Shown here one piece after another: positions 8,147-16,735 of a stretch of 64,000 bases of DNA. A program made the translations under genes and the position numbers. Under the pieces are notes generated by a model. That model ran no database searches. It had not been told where the DNA came from and saw only the letters and a program-made list of their open reading frames with translations. Within the stretch, counting starts at the first letter, position 1. The number at the start of each line of letters is the position of its first letter. The DNA is from Clostridia bacterium (lineage in GTDB: Bacteria; Bacillota; Clostridia; Oscillospirales; Ruminococcaceae), in NCBI GenBank assembly GCA_021152595.1, contig JAGKVC010000001.1, positions 7,380 through 71,379 on the forward strand. Reading direction: 5' to 3'.

Positions 8147-10054
8147 TCACTTTTTCTGCCTTTTGATGCGCCTGAGCAGGGGATTCCGTTTCAGCTCCGC
8201 GGTGAAGATGCCGTCCCTTGCCGTGATGCGCAGGCGGAGCTTGTGCAGTGCTGCGATCTGCTGCACGATGCTCAGCCCCAGACCGCTGCCGGACTGACTG
8301 CCGCGTGCTGCATCGCCGCGCCGGAACGGTTCGCAGATCGTTTTTTCGTCCAGTTCGCCGGTATAGGGATTGCTGATGCGCAATGTATTCTTCTGAACCT
8401 CAACGGTGATTCTGCCGCCTTCGGCTGCATGCTGCACCGCGTTTGCCGCGAGATTTTCCGCAAGCTGCGTCAGCATATCGGGATTGCCGCTGATCTCAAA
8501 TCTGCCGGATTCCGAAAGCGTCAGACCGCGCTGTTCCATGAATGCCGCATTGCGCTGGAATGCCGTATGCAGCAGTGCTGACAGATCAACGGTATCTTTC
8601 ATTTTGGGACGCTTCCGCGCCTCAAGCTGTGAAAGCCCCAGCACGCCTGCGATCATCTCATCCATGTGCTTGACGTTTTCCATGATGAATTCGGCATATT
8701 CATCGGTGTTTTCCGGATGATTGTGTGCGCGGATGTTTTCCGCATTGCCGTAGATCACAGCGAGCGGCGTTTTCAGATCGTGGGCGAGCGCACCGGTTAA
8801 GTTTCTGCGGTAGGCGTCGATGTCATAGCGCCTGCTGTAAATCAGATACGAAATGACCGCCCAGACCAGCGCAAGCAGCAGAACCGGAATGACCGAAAAT
8901 GCAAGTGCAAGCGGCAGCAGTGAGACATATTTGTATTGGAAGTCGCGCTCCGGGTAGTAATACTGGAAATACCACAGATGCCAGTTCTGACCGCGGAAGG
9001 TGATGTCTCTGTCGCAGGGTTGAAAAGAGAGGTTTTGACTGGAATTTTTCTCTTTGTCTTCCATGTATCGATAGCAATATATCCACGGCAGGTCGTGCTT
9101 TTCCAATTCAATATTACTTTCGATCTTCTCGATCAGTTCCTCTCTGGTTTTGACCTGATGTTCTACCTGTATGTCCTGATCGAAAATCCCGTATTCTGCA
9201 TCATGGAGTTGCTGCGCCCAATCTTTCTGCCAATATTCATAGTTTGATGAAATCTTCAGGCGGATTTCCTGCATGCATGCATCGGCAGTGGGCGAATTCG
9301 GGGAACCTTTTAGTATCACGGTGTTGAGCTTTGGTTCATCCTTTGCCTGCTCCTCGGATTGATCATTCGTGTACAGGCTGTTGTTGAAATCGGGATAATG
9401 GGAGAGCGCTTCCTTGTCGTCCTGATTATAGATTGTATCCCAGCCCTCAGCGCGGTCGATCGTGAGATCTGCCCATTCGCCCGGAATCGGCTTTTTGGAT
9501 GCGAATTCCCCGATCAGATCATAGAGCGGAACTCTGTTCTTCTGCATATAGACTTCGCCGGGGAGAAACATGTCATCCTTGACGTAAATGCTTCGGACGA
9601 TCGGATCATAATAATACGCTATTTTATTCATCGAATCGGCAAGCTGACCGACGAGCTTCGGATCATAGAGGTAGTAGAACTTGTTTTTCTCACCCTGCTT
9701 GGTGTATGCTGCTGCGAAGGTTCTGCTGGAATAGCATTCGCCGGTTTCCGGCTGATAAAGCAGTAAAGCACGCTCGAATGCAGGATTTGGATTGAGGTTC
9801 ATTCCGAGTATCCGAGAGATTTCGCTGTCCGTCTTTTCTTTTTTATTCAGCGCCTCCTCGATATCATCTACCCTGTAATCCTGTAGGCTGGGAAGAGTGA
9901 AATCGCGGCATTTCTTCCAGCCCTTGTAGAGTAACTGCCAGCCGATGAGTCCCAGCGCCGCAATGGTACAGATCAGCAGTCTGCGCCGGAAGAATCTGCC
10001 GAATTTCTTTTTGCCGGGATACTTTGTCTGTTCCTGCTGTTTTTTCTTCTTCAT
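8147..10054 (-). CDS. Sensor histidine kinase with a large (~330 aa) extracytoplasmic domain between two TM helices
   Basis: H-box LAHDLKTPLAVIYGNAENI and ATPase boxes NAVQHAAEGG and GSGLGLSIVQQIA. The N-terminus is a basic stretch followed by a TM helix. Confidence 0.9.
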   Translation of the reverse strand: MKKKKQQEQTKYPGKKKFGRFFRRRLLICTIAALGLIGWQLLYKGWKKCRDFTLPSLQDYRVDDIEEALNKKEKTDSEISRILGMNLNPNPAFERALLLYQPETGECYSSRTFAAAYTKQGEKNKFYYLYDPKLVGQLADSMNKIAYYYDPIVRSIYVKDDMFLPGEVYMQKNRVPLYDLIGEFASKKPIPGEWADLTIDRAEGWDTIYNQDDKEALSHYPDFNNSLYTNDQSEEQAKDEPKLNTVILKGSPNSPTADACMQEIRLKISSNYEYWQKDWAQQLHDAEYGIFDQDIQVEHQVKTREELIEKIESNIELEKHDLPWIYCYRYMEDKEKNSSQNLSFQPCDRDITFRGQNWHLWYFQYYYPERDFQYKYVSLLPLALAFSVIPVLLLALVWAVISYLIYSRRYDIDAYRRNLTGALAHDLKTPLAVIYGNAENIRAHNHPENTDEYAEFIMENVKHMDEMIAGVLGLSQLEARKRPKMKDTVDLSALLHTAFQRNAAFMEQRGLTLSESGRFEISGNPDMLTQLAENLAANAVQHAAEGGRITVEVQKNTLRISNPYTGELDEKTICEPFRRGDAARGSQSGSGLGLSIVQQIAALHKLRLRITARDGIFTAELKRNPLLRRIKRQKK

Positions 10055-10066
10055 TCTGATCGCCTC

Positions 10067-10759
10067 CTAGGTGTGATCCTTTAGCTGATAACCCCTGGAG
10101 ATGACTGTCCGGATCTGCTGCCCTGCACTGCCGAGCGCCTTGCGCAGCTTTTTGATGTGCGTATCGACAACGCGGTCGCTGCCGAAGAAATCACTGCCCC
10201 AGATGCGGTCAAGGAGCTGGCCGCGCGTGACAACCCAGTCCCTATGCTCCATCAGATATTGCAGCAGCGCAAATTCCTTTGCTGCAAGTATCACGGGCTG
10301 ACCGTTCGCCGTGACAGCGAGTGTCAGCGGATTGAGCGTGATGCCGCCGCAGACAAGTTCGCTGCGCAGGATCGTTCCCTTTGCGCGCTTGAGCAGCGCC
10401 AGTACCTTTGCATAGAGCGTTGCGAGCGAAAACGGCTTGACCACATAATCGTCGCAGCCGAGCGTATAGCCGTAAAGCACATCCTCCTCGCGTGCGCGCG
10501 CCGTAAGAAAGAGCAGCGGGATATCCGATACGGCACGGATGCTGCGGCAGATCGAGAATCCGTCCAGATCAGGCAGCATGACATCCAGCAGAATCAGATC
10601 ATATTCGCCGCTGCGTGCGGCATCAAGCCCGTCTGCGCCGTTCTGCACGGTATCAAGCTGACAGATGTTGTCCGGCTGCGCGGAAAAATAATCTGCGATC
10701 ATCCGGCAGATCTGCACATTGTCCTCGACCAGCAGAATCCGGTATGTCATTTGCCTCAC
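10067..10759 (-). CDS. OmpR/PhoB-family response regulator
   Basis: Receiver motif DLILLDVMLPDLDG with KP in VVKPF. Winged-helix output carries VDTHIKKLRKAL. The gene lies 12 nt upstream of the HK gene. Confidence 0.9.
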   Translation of the reverse strand: MRQMTYRILLVEDNVQICRMIADYFSAQPDNICQLDTVQNGADGLDAARSGEYDLILLDVMLPDLDGFSICRSIRAVSDIPLLFLTARAREEDVLYGYTLGCDDYVVKPFSLATLYAKVLALLKRAKGTILRSELVCGGITLNPLTLAVTANGQPVILAAKEFALLQYLMEHRDWVVTRGQLLDRIWGSDFFGSDRVVDTHIKKLRKALGSAGQQIRTVISRGYQLKDHT

Positions 10760-10842
10760 CTCCCTTTGAGATCAGAATATCAGAATGATGTGTACTCCGT
10801 GTGTCCAGTGTGAGAATTCGGCAGGACACACCGTCAGAATTC

Positions 10843-10871
10843 AGTATAGCATATATTTTACGGAATTGCAA
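10843..10871 (-). promoter_or_regulatory. Candidate sigma-A promoter for the RR/HK operon
   Basis: On the minus strand, TTGCAA - 17 nt - TATACT sits ~85 nt upstream of the RR start. Confidence 0.5.
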
Positions 10872-10973
10872 GAAGCAAGTGAAAAATAGCACCGAATAAA
10901 ACAGCGCCCTGCATTCATCTGAATACAGGGCGTCAGCTTGTCGATAAAGGTATCGCTGCGCGATGATTATAAT

Positions 10974-11017
10974 GGGGCGCTGCCCCATACCCCGCCAAAG
11001 GGATGCTATCCCTTTGG
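10974..11017. repeat. Double palindromic (hairpin) element abutting and terminating the truncated sortase ORF
   Basis: The two hairpins are GGGGC-GCT-GCCCC (10974-10986) and CCAAAGGGAT-GCT-ATCCCTTTGG (10995-11017, 10-bp perfect arms). The sortase stop codon lies in the second loop. Confidence 0.6.
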
Positions 11018-11581
11018 AATCCCACTATAAGCAATCTCTGTGCCGTCAATGATCTCGATATACGAAACGGCAAAGGGATATGCGGTACCCTGCGTATCCG
11101 TGAAGATGATCGTATCTCCGGCATTGAGCGTTCCGATTCTGCCGAAATGCGCCGGATAATTATGCGCGGCGATGATCAGATCGTTGGTTCCTGCACTGCC
11201 GCTGACTCTGCACGGAGACTGTTTCAGCGCCGGATAGCTCCAGCCGCTCTGAACCGGAAGCTCCAGTTCCAGTGCCGGAATTGACAGGTATCCGCAGTAT
11301 GCCGAATCCCCGAGCAGAATATCGGCAGGCGCTTGCGGTTCCTCCGGTTCAGCCGGTTCATAGCGTGCAAAGAGATCCTCAGTCTGCGGCACGGCTGTCT
11401 GCTTTGGCGGCTCGGGATCTGCCGGCTGTTCCGGTATCTGCTCCTTGAGCGCTTCCATGGCGGTATCTGCATGCTCCGCGGCGGCCTTTCCCTCGCGGAG
11501 ATTGTGGATGCAGAGTCCGCCTGCTGCAAGGAGCATCAGAATCCCCAGCAGGACCGGTATTTTCCAGAGATTATTCTTCAT
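11006..11581 (-). pseudogene. Sortase, C-terminally truncated (catalytic TLxTC Cys and Arg missing)
   Basis: It has an N-terminal TM and the motifs GYLSIPALELELPV and LIIAAHNYPAHFGRIGTLNAGD (His motif). The ORF stops ~40 aa after the His with ...YSGIPKG*, and no downstream frame continues a sortase. Confidence 0.7.
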
Positions 11582-12560
11582 TGTCTTTCTTTCCTGTTCT
11601 GGCGGATATGCCGATGCCGATCAGCAGCAGACCGCCGACCGAGAGCGGCAGAACCGACCACCAGAGCTGTCCGGTCTGGATGAGCTTTGCAGGTTTTTTG
11701 ACCTCCGCAGTGGTCGTTGCCGTCGTGGTGACGGCAGGCGGTGCGGTCGTGACCTTCGGTGTATCCTGATAGGTATTCCGGATCAGATACTGCTGGCTGT
11801 TGTAGTCGATCATCACCTCGTAATGCGCCGGTATTTTCCGCTCGACGACAGTCCATCTGGACGCAGTATCAAGCGTTTCCCAGCGGTATTCCCAGTTGTT
11901 GCTTTCATCCAGCGTCACGGTTTCGCGCAGTACGCCGTTCTCAAACAGATCCACTGTGATATTGACCGGTCTTGCGTGATTGGCGTCGTCGTCATCCACC
12001 CAGACCTTTCTGACGATATATGCCTTATCGGCATTGCTGCGGTGTTCCGCATAGAATTTCGGGAATGCATCATAGCTCATACCGGTATCGCTGCCGAGAA
12101 TCTCCAGCAGCAGCGCAGAGGGATAATAGCAGATGCTTCCGATCTGAAGCGGCTTGCCGACCGCAAGATACAGACCGTTATCCAGTCCCTCAAAGACCAG
12201 CTCACCGTTGGAATCCGTGCTGCCCGCTGCAATCGGGGCAAGTCCGGCTGCCGTCACATAGCTTTCCAGTGTCTTTGCGGCGGTATCCACAGCCTCAGTG
12301 GAGAGGTCGCCGAGATCCAGTTCGTATTCAGAGAGCGCAGGGATGAAATTGACCGTATGATCCTGCCGCTCGCCGATCTGAAAGAGCTCCCACTGCACAC
12401 CCTTGAGGATGATCTCATCCTGCGTGCAGGTGAGCGTAATGCGTTTATCCGCGGCGGCTTCTGCGGTCCTGCTGAAGCAGAGCGGCGCGATGAAAAGCAG
12501 TCCGGCGCTCAGCAGCAGTGCCGCCAGCCTGTTCAGTTTTGTTTTCTGCATGATATTCAC
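11571..12560 (-). CDS. CnaB-domain cell-wall-sorted protein (minor/basal pilin candidate)
   Basis: It has a signal peptide and a CnaB pattern (VRKVWVDDDDANHARPVNITVDLFENG...NNWEYRWETL...ERKIPAHYEV). The C-terminus is KLIQTGQLWW + TM + RTGKKDNEE. It overlaps the downstream sortase remnant by 11 nt. Confidence 0.8.
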   Translation of the reverse strand: MNIMQKTKLNRLAALLLSAGLLFIAPLCFSRTAEAAADKRITLTCTQDEIILKGVQWELFQIGERQDHTVNFIPALSEYELDLGDLSTEAVDTAAKTLESYVTAAGLAPIAAGSTDSNGELVFEGLDNGLYLAVGKPLQIGSICYYPSALLLEILGSDTGMSYDAFPKFYAEHRSNADKAYIVRKVWVDDDDANHARPVNITVDLFENGVLRETVTLDESNNWEYRWETLDTASRWTVVERKIPAHYEVMIDYNSQQYLIRNTYQDTPKVTTAPPAVTTTATTTAEVKKPAKLIQTGQLWWSVLPLSVGGLLLIGIGISARTGKKDNEE

Positions 12561-12596
12561 CGTTCCTTTCGGTTCTGTCCGGCGGGAAAGCAGCCG

Positions 12597-13928
12597 TTAT
12601 GATCCGGAAATCTCCGAGCCTGCGTCGCTGACATAGAACGAGATCTGGATACCGTCCTCAAATGCAAAGAGATAAATCGTCATGCCGGAGATCTGCTGCA
12701 CCTCCCATGCGCAGTAATCATACTGTTCATCGGCAGGTGTTCCGTAGATATCTGTCAGGGCGTTCTGCCAGTCTGTATAATCGGAAAGATTGCTGTCGAA
12801 ATAATTGATGCCGACAAGTCCGAGACTTGTAAAGCACAGAACACAGTCGCAGTCCTTTTTGAGATACTGCACATTCTCATATTCCATGTCCAGCTCCCAC
12901 GGCTCGCCGGGTTCCTCGATGCGGTATTCCCAGAGCTGTGAAAAGCTGCGCATTTTCTCGCGTTCTTCATTCGGGCTGCCGTAAAACTGCAAGCCGTTCA
13001 GCAGGAAATCGCGCGCCTGTGCCTTGCTCCATTGGGATCTGGGCTTCGGCGCAGCGGTTGTCGTGACGGTCTTTTCCGTGGCCGCTGTCGTGCCGGTCGA
13101 AGCCGGATGATCGGTTTGACCGGTTGTTCCGGTTACGGCAGTTGTTGCTGTTTCTCCGGCAGGATCCGGATTTTCCGGCGCGGCTGCCGCGGTGACGGGT
13201 GCCTCCGGTGCTGCATTTGCCGCATGCTCCGGCTGAACCGGATTCTGCGCCTGCTCTGCGGCTTCCGTCTGCACGGATTCGGCTGCCTCACGCTTTTTGG
13301 TTTCCTTCTCAACGGGTACAATCGGCATCCGCAGCTCCGGTGTCGGGAAGCTGCGCTCCCTTGCCTTTTCATAGCTTTTATCGGGCGAATCCGCAGTTGC
13401 ATAGATCGAAATTTGTACGCCGTCTGCCAGATTGAAAAGATAAACGGCGGTATTGCTGCCGAGCGGATCGTCATACCACGATGCGATGCCGCTGCCTTCC
13501 TCTGTCGGCAGACCGTATGCGTTTTCGAGCGTCCCGAACCATTCGCGGAAGCTCTGATGCCTTTCGGTGTCGTGGTAGTTGAAGCCGATCAGTCCGGAAT
13601 CCGTAAAGCAGAGCGTCAGGTCACAGGTCTGCCCGAACAGCTCAGCCGATGCATAATCAAGCATTTTCTGCGCGACATTCTGATCGGCATTCTCGCGCTC
13701 CGCAATCAGCTCATATGCATCAAGCGCAGATTTGACATCGTCATATGCCGCAAACCATTTCAGCCCGAGCAGGGGTGCATTGTCTTTTCCTGTACCGTCT
13801 GCGCAGCCCGAACAGAGCAGCAGGAGCGCTGAAATACAGATGCACAGGAACAGTGACCGCCGGAGCGGCATTGTTCCTGTCTGTATCGGTTTATTCGATA
13901 TCAGATGATTGTTTCTCATGTTTTTCAA
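12597..13928 (-). CDS. Lipoprotein with two paralogous ~120-aa domains joined by a Pro/Ala/Thr-rich linker (function unknown)
   Basis: Lipobox LLLCSGC. Internal repeat CDLTLCFTDSGLIGFNYHD...VYLFNLADGVQISIYA versus CDCVLCFTSLGLVGINYFD...IYLFAFEDGIQISFYV. The likely true start is Met at 13871. Confidence 0.6.
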   Translation of the reverse strand: MKNMRNNHLISNKPIQTGTMPLRRSLFLCICISALLLLCSGCADGTGKDNAPLLGLKWFAAYDDVKSALDAYELIAERENADQNVAQKMLDYASAELFGQTCDLTLCFTDSGLIGFNYHDTERHQSFREWFGTLENAYGLPTEEGSGIASWYDDPLGSNTAVYLFNLADGVQISIYATADSPDKSYEKARERSFPTPELRMPIVPVEKETKKREAAESVQTEAAEQAQNPVQPEHAANAAPEAPVTAAAAPENPDPAGETATTAVTGTTGQTDHPASTGTTAATEKTVTTTAAPKPRSQWSKAQARDFLLNGLQFYGSPNEEREKMRSFSQLWEYRIEEPGEPWELDMEYENVQYLKKDCDCVLCFTSLGLVGINYFDSNLSDYTDWQNALTDIYGTPADEQYDYCAWEVQQISGMTIYLFAFEDGIQISFYVSDAGSEISGS

Positions 13929-14796
13929 AATCTCCGGATGGCAGCTTTGCGGTAATGTATTTGTCGATTCGGATGATGCGCTTGTTTCTGTTGAAGATCG
14001 CCGAGACGATTCCCATGAGGATCAGCACAATGACGAACACCACAGGAATCACTGTCATGCGGTCGAGCTGAAGTGCATCCGCAGGTACTCTGATATGCCG
14101 GTCATAGATTGTGTCGATCCGGTGTGCGCGGATCAGCAGCCGGTGGGAGTTGACGCCGTAGGGCGTGCAGGTCATCAGCGTGACGTAATCCTTCTGCGGA
14201 ATGATCGAAAGCTCCTCTGTATGATCCGGCAGAATGATGAGGATTTTCTCCACCTCGTAGGTCAGGATATCATCGAGGACATTCACTGTGAAGATATCGC
14301 CTTCAACCATGCGGTCCAGATCAGTGAACAGCTTGGCGGAGGGCAGTCCGCGGTGACCGGAAATCACAGCATGCGTATCAGCACCGCCGACCGGCAGCGA
14401 GGAGCCCTGAATATGTCCTGCGGCAACCTGTAATACGCCTTCCTCCGTGCCGTGATAGATCGGCAGCTCGACGCGGATTGTCGGGATTGAAATATATCCC
14501 ATGACGCCTGTGCCGGATACATTCAGCAGATCGTCATAGCCGCTGAGCTTGTCAAAGTTCGCAAACGGCGCATGAAGCTGAGCGAGCTGCTTGTTATACT
14601 CTCTTGCCGCTTCCCAGAGCGCTGCGGTATCGTTCGGTGCGATGGACGCGACAGTTTCCTTATACGATGCAACCGAGTGGGACGCCATGTTCCGGTTCCA
14701 CCAGTTGCTGAAGGTCGGATAAAGCATCACGGAGAGGCCCGCAAGGAATATGACCAGAAAGATCGCAGGTATGATTTTGTCGCGTATCTTCTTCAT
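13891..14796 (-). CDS. srtC: Class C (pilin-polymerising) sortase
   Basis: Motifs GYISIPTIRVELPIYHG, AVISGHRGLPSAKLF and TLMTCTPYGVNSHRLLIRAHR, with N- and C-terminal TM helices. Confidence 0.9.
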   Translation of the reverse strand: MKKIRDKIIPAIFLVIFLAGLSVMLYPTFSNWWNRNMASHSVASYKETVASIAPNDTAALWEAAREYNKQLAQLHAPFANFDKLSGYDDLLNVSGTGVMGYISIPTIRVELPIYHGTEEGVLQVAAGHIQGSSLPVGGADTHAVISGHRGLPSAKLFTDLDRMVEGDIFTVNVLDDILTYEVEKILIILPDHTEELSIIPQKDYVTLMTCTPYGVNSHRLLIRAHRIDTIYDRHIRVPADALQLDRMTVIPVVFVIVLILMGIVSAIFNRNKRIIRIDKYITAKLPSGDFEKHEKQSSDIE

Positions 14797-14825
14797 ATTT
14801 TTCTCCTTGTGGAACTCTCCCTGAT

Positions 14826-14848
14826 CCCCTCCCCGTAATGGGGAGGGG
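14826..14848 (-). promoter_or_regulatory. GC hairpin between the major pilin and sortase genes (possible attenuator or stability element)
   Basis: CCCCTCCCC-5 nt-GGGGAGGGG forms a perfect 9-bp stem with no clear U-tract on the coding strand. Confidence 0.45.
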
Positions 14849-14893
14849 AGGGGGTTATATCAGGTTATGCCTGTTGATCAAATTCAACTCTCG

Positions 14894-16636
14894 TTATACT
14901 TCTTCTTCGCGCGTCTTCTTCTTGGAGACGAGGTAGACGCCTGCGATGCCTGCTGCCACGCCGCCGCAGAGGACGAACATCAGGGTGCCGATGCCACCGG
15001 TGGACGGGAGGGTGGAGCCTTTCTTATTCTCGATCTCGTTATCAATATTCGTGCTATTAAGATTGAGTGCGGCAGTAATGGTATCTTCGTTTTCTTTATG
15101 CGTTGCACTGATCGTAATCTGGATATCTTCGCACTTGTTGTAGCCGTCAGGAACCGTAGTTTCCTTCAGCGTATAAGCACCTGCATCGAGACCGACGATA
15201 TTGAACTTACCTGTCTCAGAACCAGCAGCCTCGCCATGACCGGACTTCATTTCTTCAGCAGTCTCACCGCTTGCAGTCGGACGGTATGCGCCCAGATCCG
15301 CATCATAAATCAGACTGATTTCAGCATTGCTTGCATTATAGAGCTTAAATCCGGCATTGGGGAGCGGATCACCCTTTTCATCGACCTTGATATTATCGAC
15401 CTCATATGTGAACACCCAAACATAATCGTCCGGTGTTGTACCCATTTCACCCTCGCCGCCTGCATTCGGGTTGTTGGAATACTCGAGGTTCACCTTGTTG
15501 ACGTTGTTATAATCCGCTAAAACAGAATCTTGGCTCGCCTTTTCTACAGCCGCATTCGCATTCAGGTGAGCAGAGTAGATGACCTCAATCGTTGTTGCAT
15601 CGTCAGTCAGATCAGCGTCAAACTTCTTGATATCATCAATCGTGATCGTAAGATTACCGCCGCCGAGTTCAGTTGCCGGTACTGTCGGCTCAGTCAGCTT
15701 ATAACCATTCGGGTTAGAATCTGCATTATAGAGGTCAATGGTTGTGCCATTAACCTTAACGCTTACGATATCCTCATAGGTAACACCGTCAGAGAGCGTA
15801 TCGTTGAACTGAATCTTGTAGGTCTTGTATGCACCATAATTCGCATCAGCCTCAAGTGTCGCAGTCAGCTTGAACTGGAAGGACTCATTGATTGCGTGGT
15901 CAGCCGTCTCGCCCCAGCCGTCTGTATCTGCATTCGGATCCCTGTCAGCAGCTTCATCCTGAACCTGCTTATCAACGGTAGGTGCGGAGTGCTTGGCGTC
16001 CACATTGATCGGTTGATTTGCGCCGCCTGCTACTTTCACGATGAATCTCGTCTTTGCACCGGAGTTAGGATTGTCACCAAGACTGTCATTGTTAGCATCA
16101 GGATTCACAGGAGCTGCGGTGTCCATGATGAGGTAGTAACCGTCAGGAAGAGCCGAAATCGTATTTTCGTTCACTACACCGGAAGTCTGAGCTTCTAAGT
16201 TAGCTCCGACGATTGCAGCAAATGCCTGCGTCTTCTCCGAATCATCGGCGAACACAGCAGTGGGAGAATCGCCCGTCGTCTTAGAGCCCAGAACCTCCGC
16301 AACGCCCCTCGCACTTGTTACGGTCTCAGCAGGGAACAGACCGTAGAGTGCATTGCCTTCAGCGCCGGATGCATCATGGAGAGCAGCCAGAATTGCATCA
16401 CCGTCAACGCCATCGCCCCAAGTAATATCATTCAATGTTTCGCCGGTAAAGTTGCCCTTGAAAATCTGATATGCTGCGTAGGTGTGTGTTGCTTTGTCTT
16501 TATTGGTTACAGTAATGCTGTTGCCGTTCTCCTCTGCCGTTGCGGCACCTGCGGAAAAACTCATAGCCGGAACAGCCATCGTAGCTGCCATTGCCATTGC
16601 TGCGATCATAGCAGCGATTCTTCTTGCCTTTTTCAT
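14894..16636 (-). CDS. Major (backbone) pilin, LPXTG-sorted
   Basis: Signal peptide MKKARRIAAMIAAMAMAATMAVPAMSFSAGAA, E-box-like YTLKETTVPDGY, and C-terminus LPSTGG + TM + KKKTREEE. It lies immediately upstream of the class C sortase. Confidence 0.85.
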   Translation of the reverse strand: MKKARRIAAMIAAMAMAATMAVPAMSFSAGAATAEENGNSITVTNKDKATHTYAAYQIFKGNFTGETLNDITWGDGVDGDAILAALHDASGAEGNALYGLFPAETVTSARGVAEVLGSKTTGDSPTAVFADDSEKTQAFAAIVGANLEAQTSGVVNENTISALPDGYYLIMDTAAPVNPDANNDSLGDNPNSGAKTRFIVKVAGGANQPINVDAKHSAPTVDKQVQDEAADRDPNADTDGWGETADHAINESFQFKLTATLEADANYGAYKTYKIQFNDTLSDGVTYEDIVSVKVNGTTIDLYNADSNPNGYKLTEPTVPATELGGGNLTITIDDIKKFDADLTDDATTIEVIYSAHLNANAAVEKASQDSVLADYNNVNKVNLEYSNNPNAGGEGEMGTTPDDYVWVFTYEVDNIKVDEKGDPLPNAGFKLYNASNAEISLIYDADLGAYRPTASGETAEEMKSGHGEAAGSETGKFNIVGLDAGAYTLKETTVPDGYNKCEDIQITISATHKENEDTITAALNLNSTNIDNEIENKKGSTLPSTGGIGTLMFVLCGGVAAGIAGVYLVSKKKTREEEV

Positions 16637-16671
16637 AATTCATTCTCCTTTGTCAATAGATTTTGTTCGGT

Positions 16672-16698
16672 GGGGGCGCTTTGGGGGCGCCCCCTTTT
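16672..16698. promoter_or_regulatory. GC hairpin between the tip adhesin and major pilin genes
   Basis: GGGGGCGC-7 nt-GCGCCCCC. The T-run is on the + strand only, so it is not a classical terminator for the minus-strand operon. Confidence 0.45.
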
Positions 16699-16735
16699 AC
16701 TTACTGAGCTGCGGTTTCATGTGCCGAAGGTTTCC

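Noticed and set aside
13872-13928. PIQTG in the N-terminal extension of the lipoprotein ORF as a sorting signal.
   Set aside because: It lies upstream of the signal peptide, in a stretch that is probably not translated (the likely start is Met 13871). Sorting signals are C-terminal.
10974-16698. Treating the G/C-run hairpins at 10974-11017, 14826-14848 and 16672-16698 as copies of one dispersed repeat family.
   Set aside because: They share only G/C-run character, and the sequences do not align. Copy number cannot be assessed within one window.
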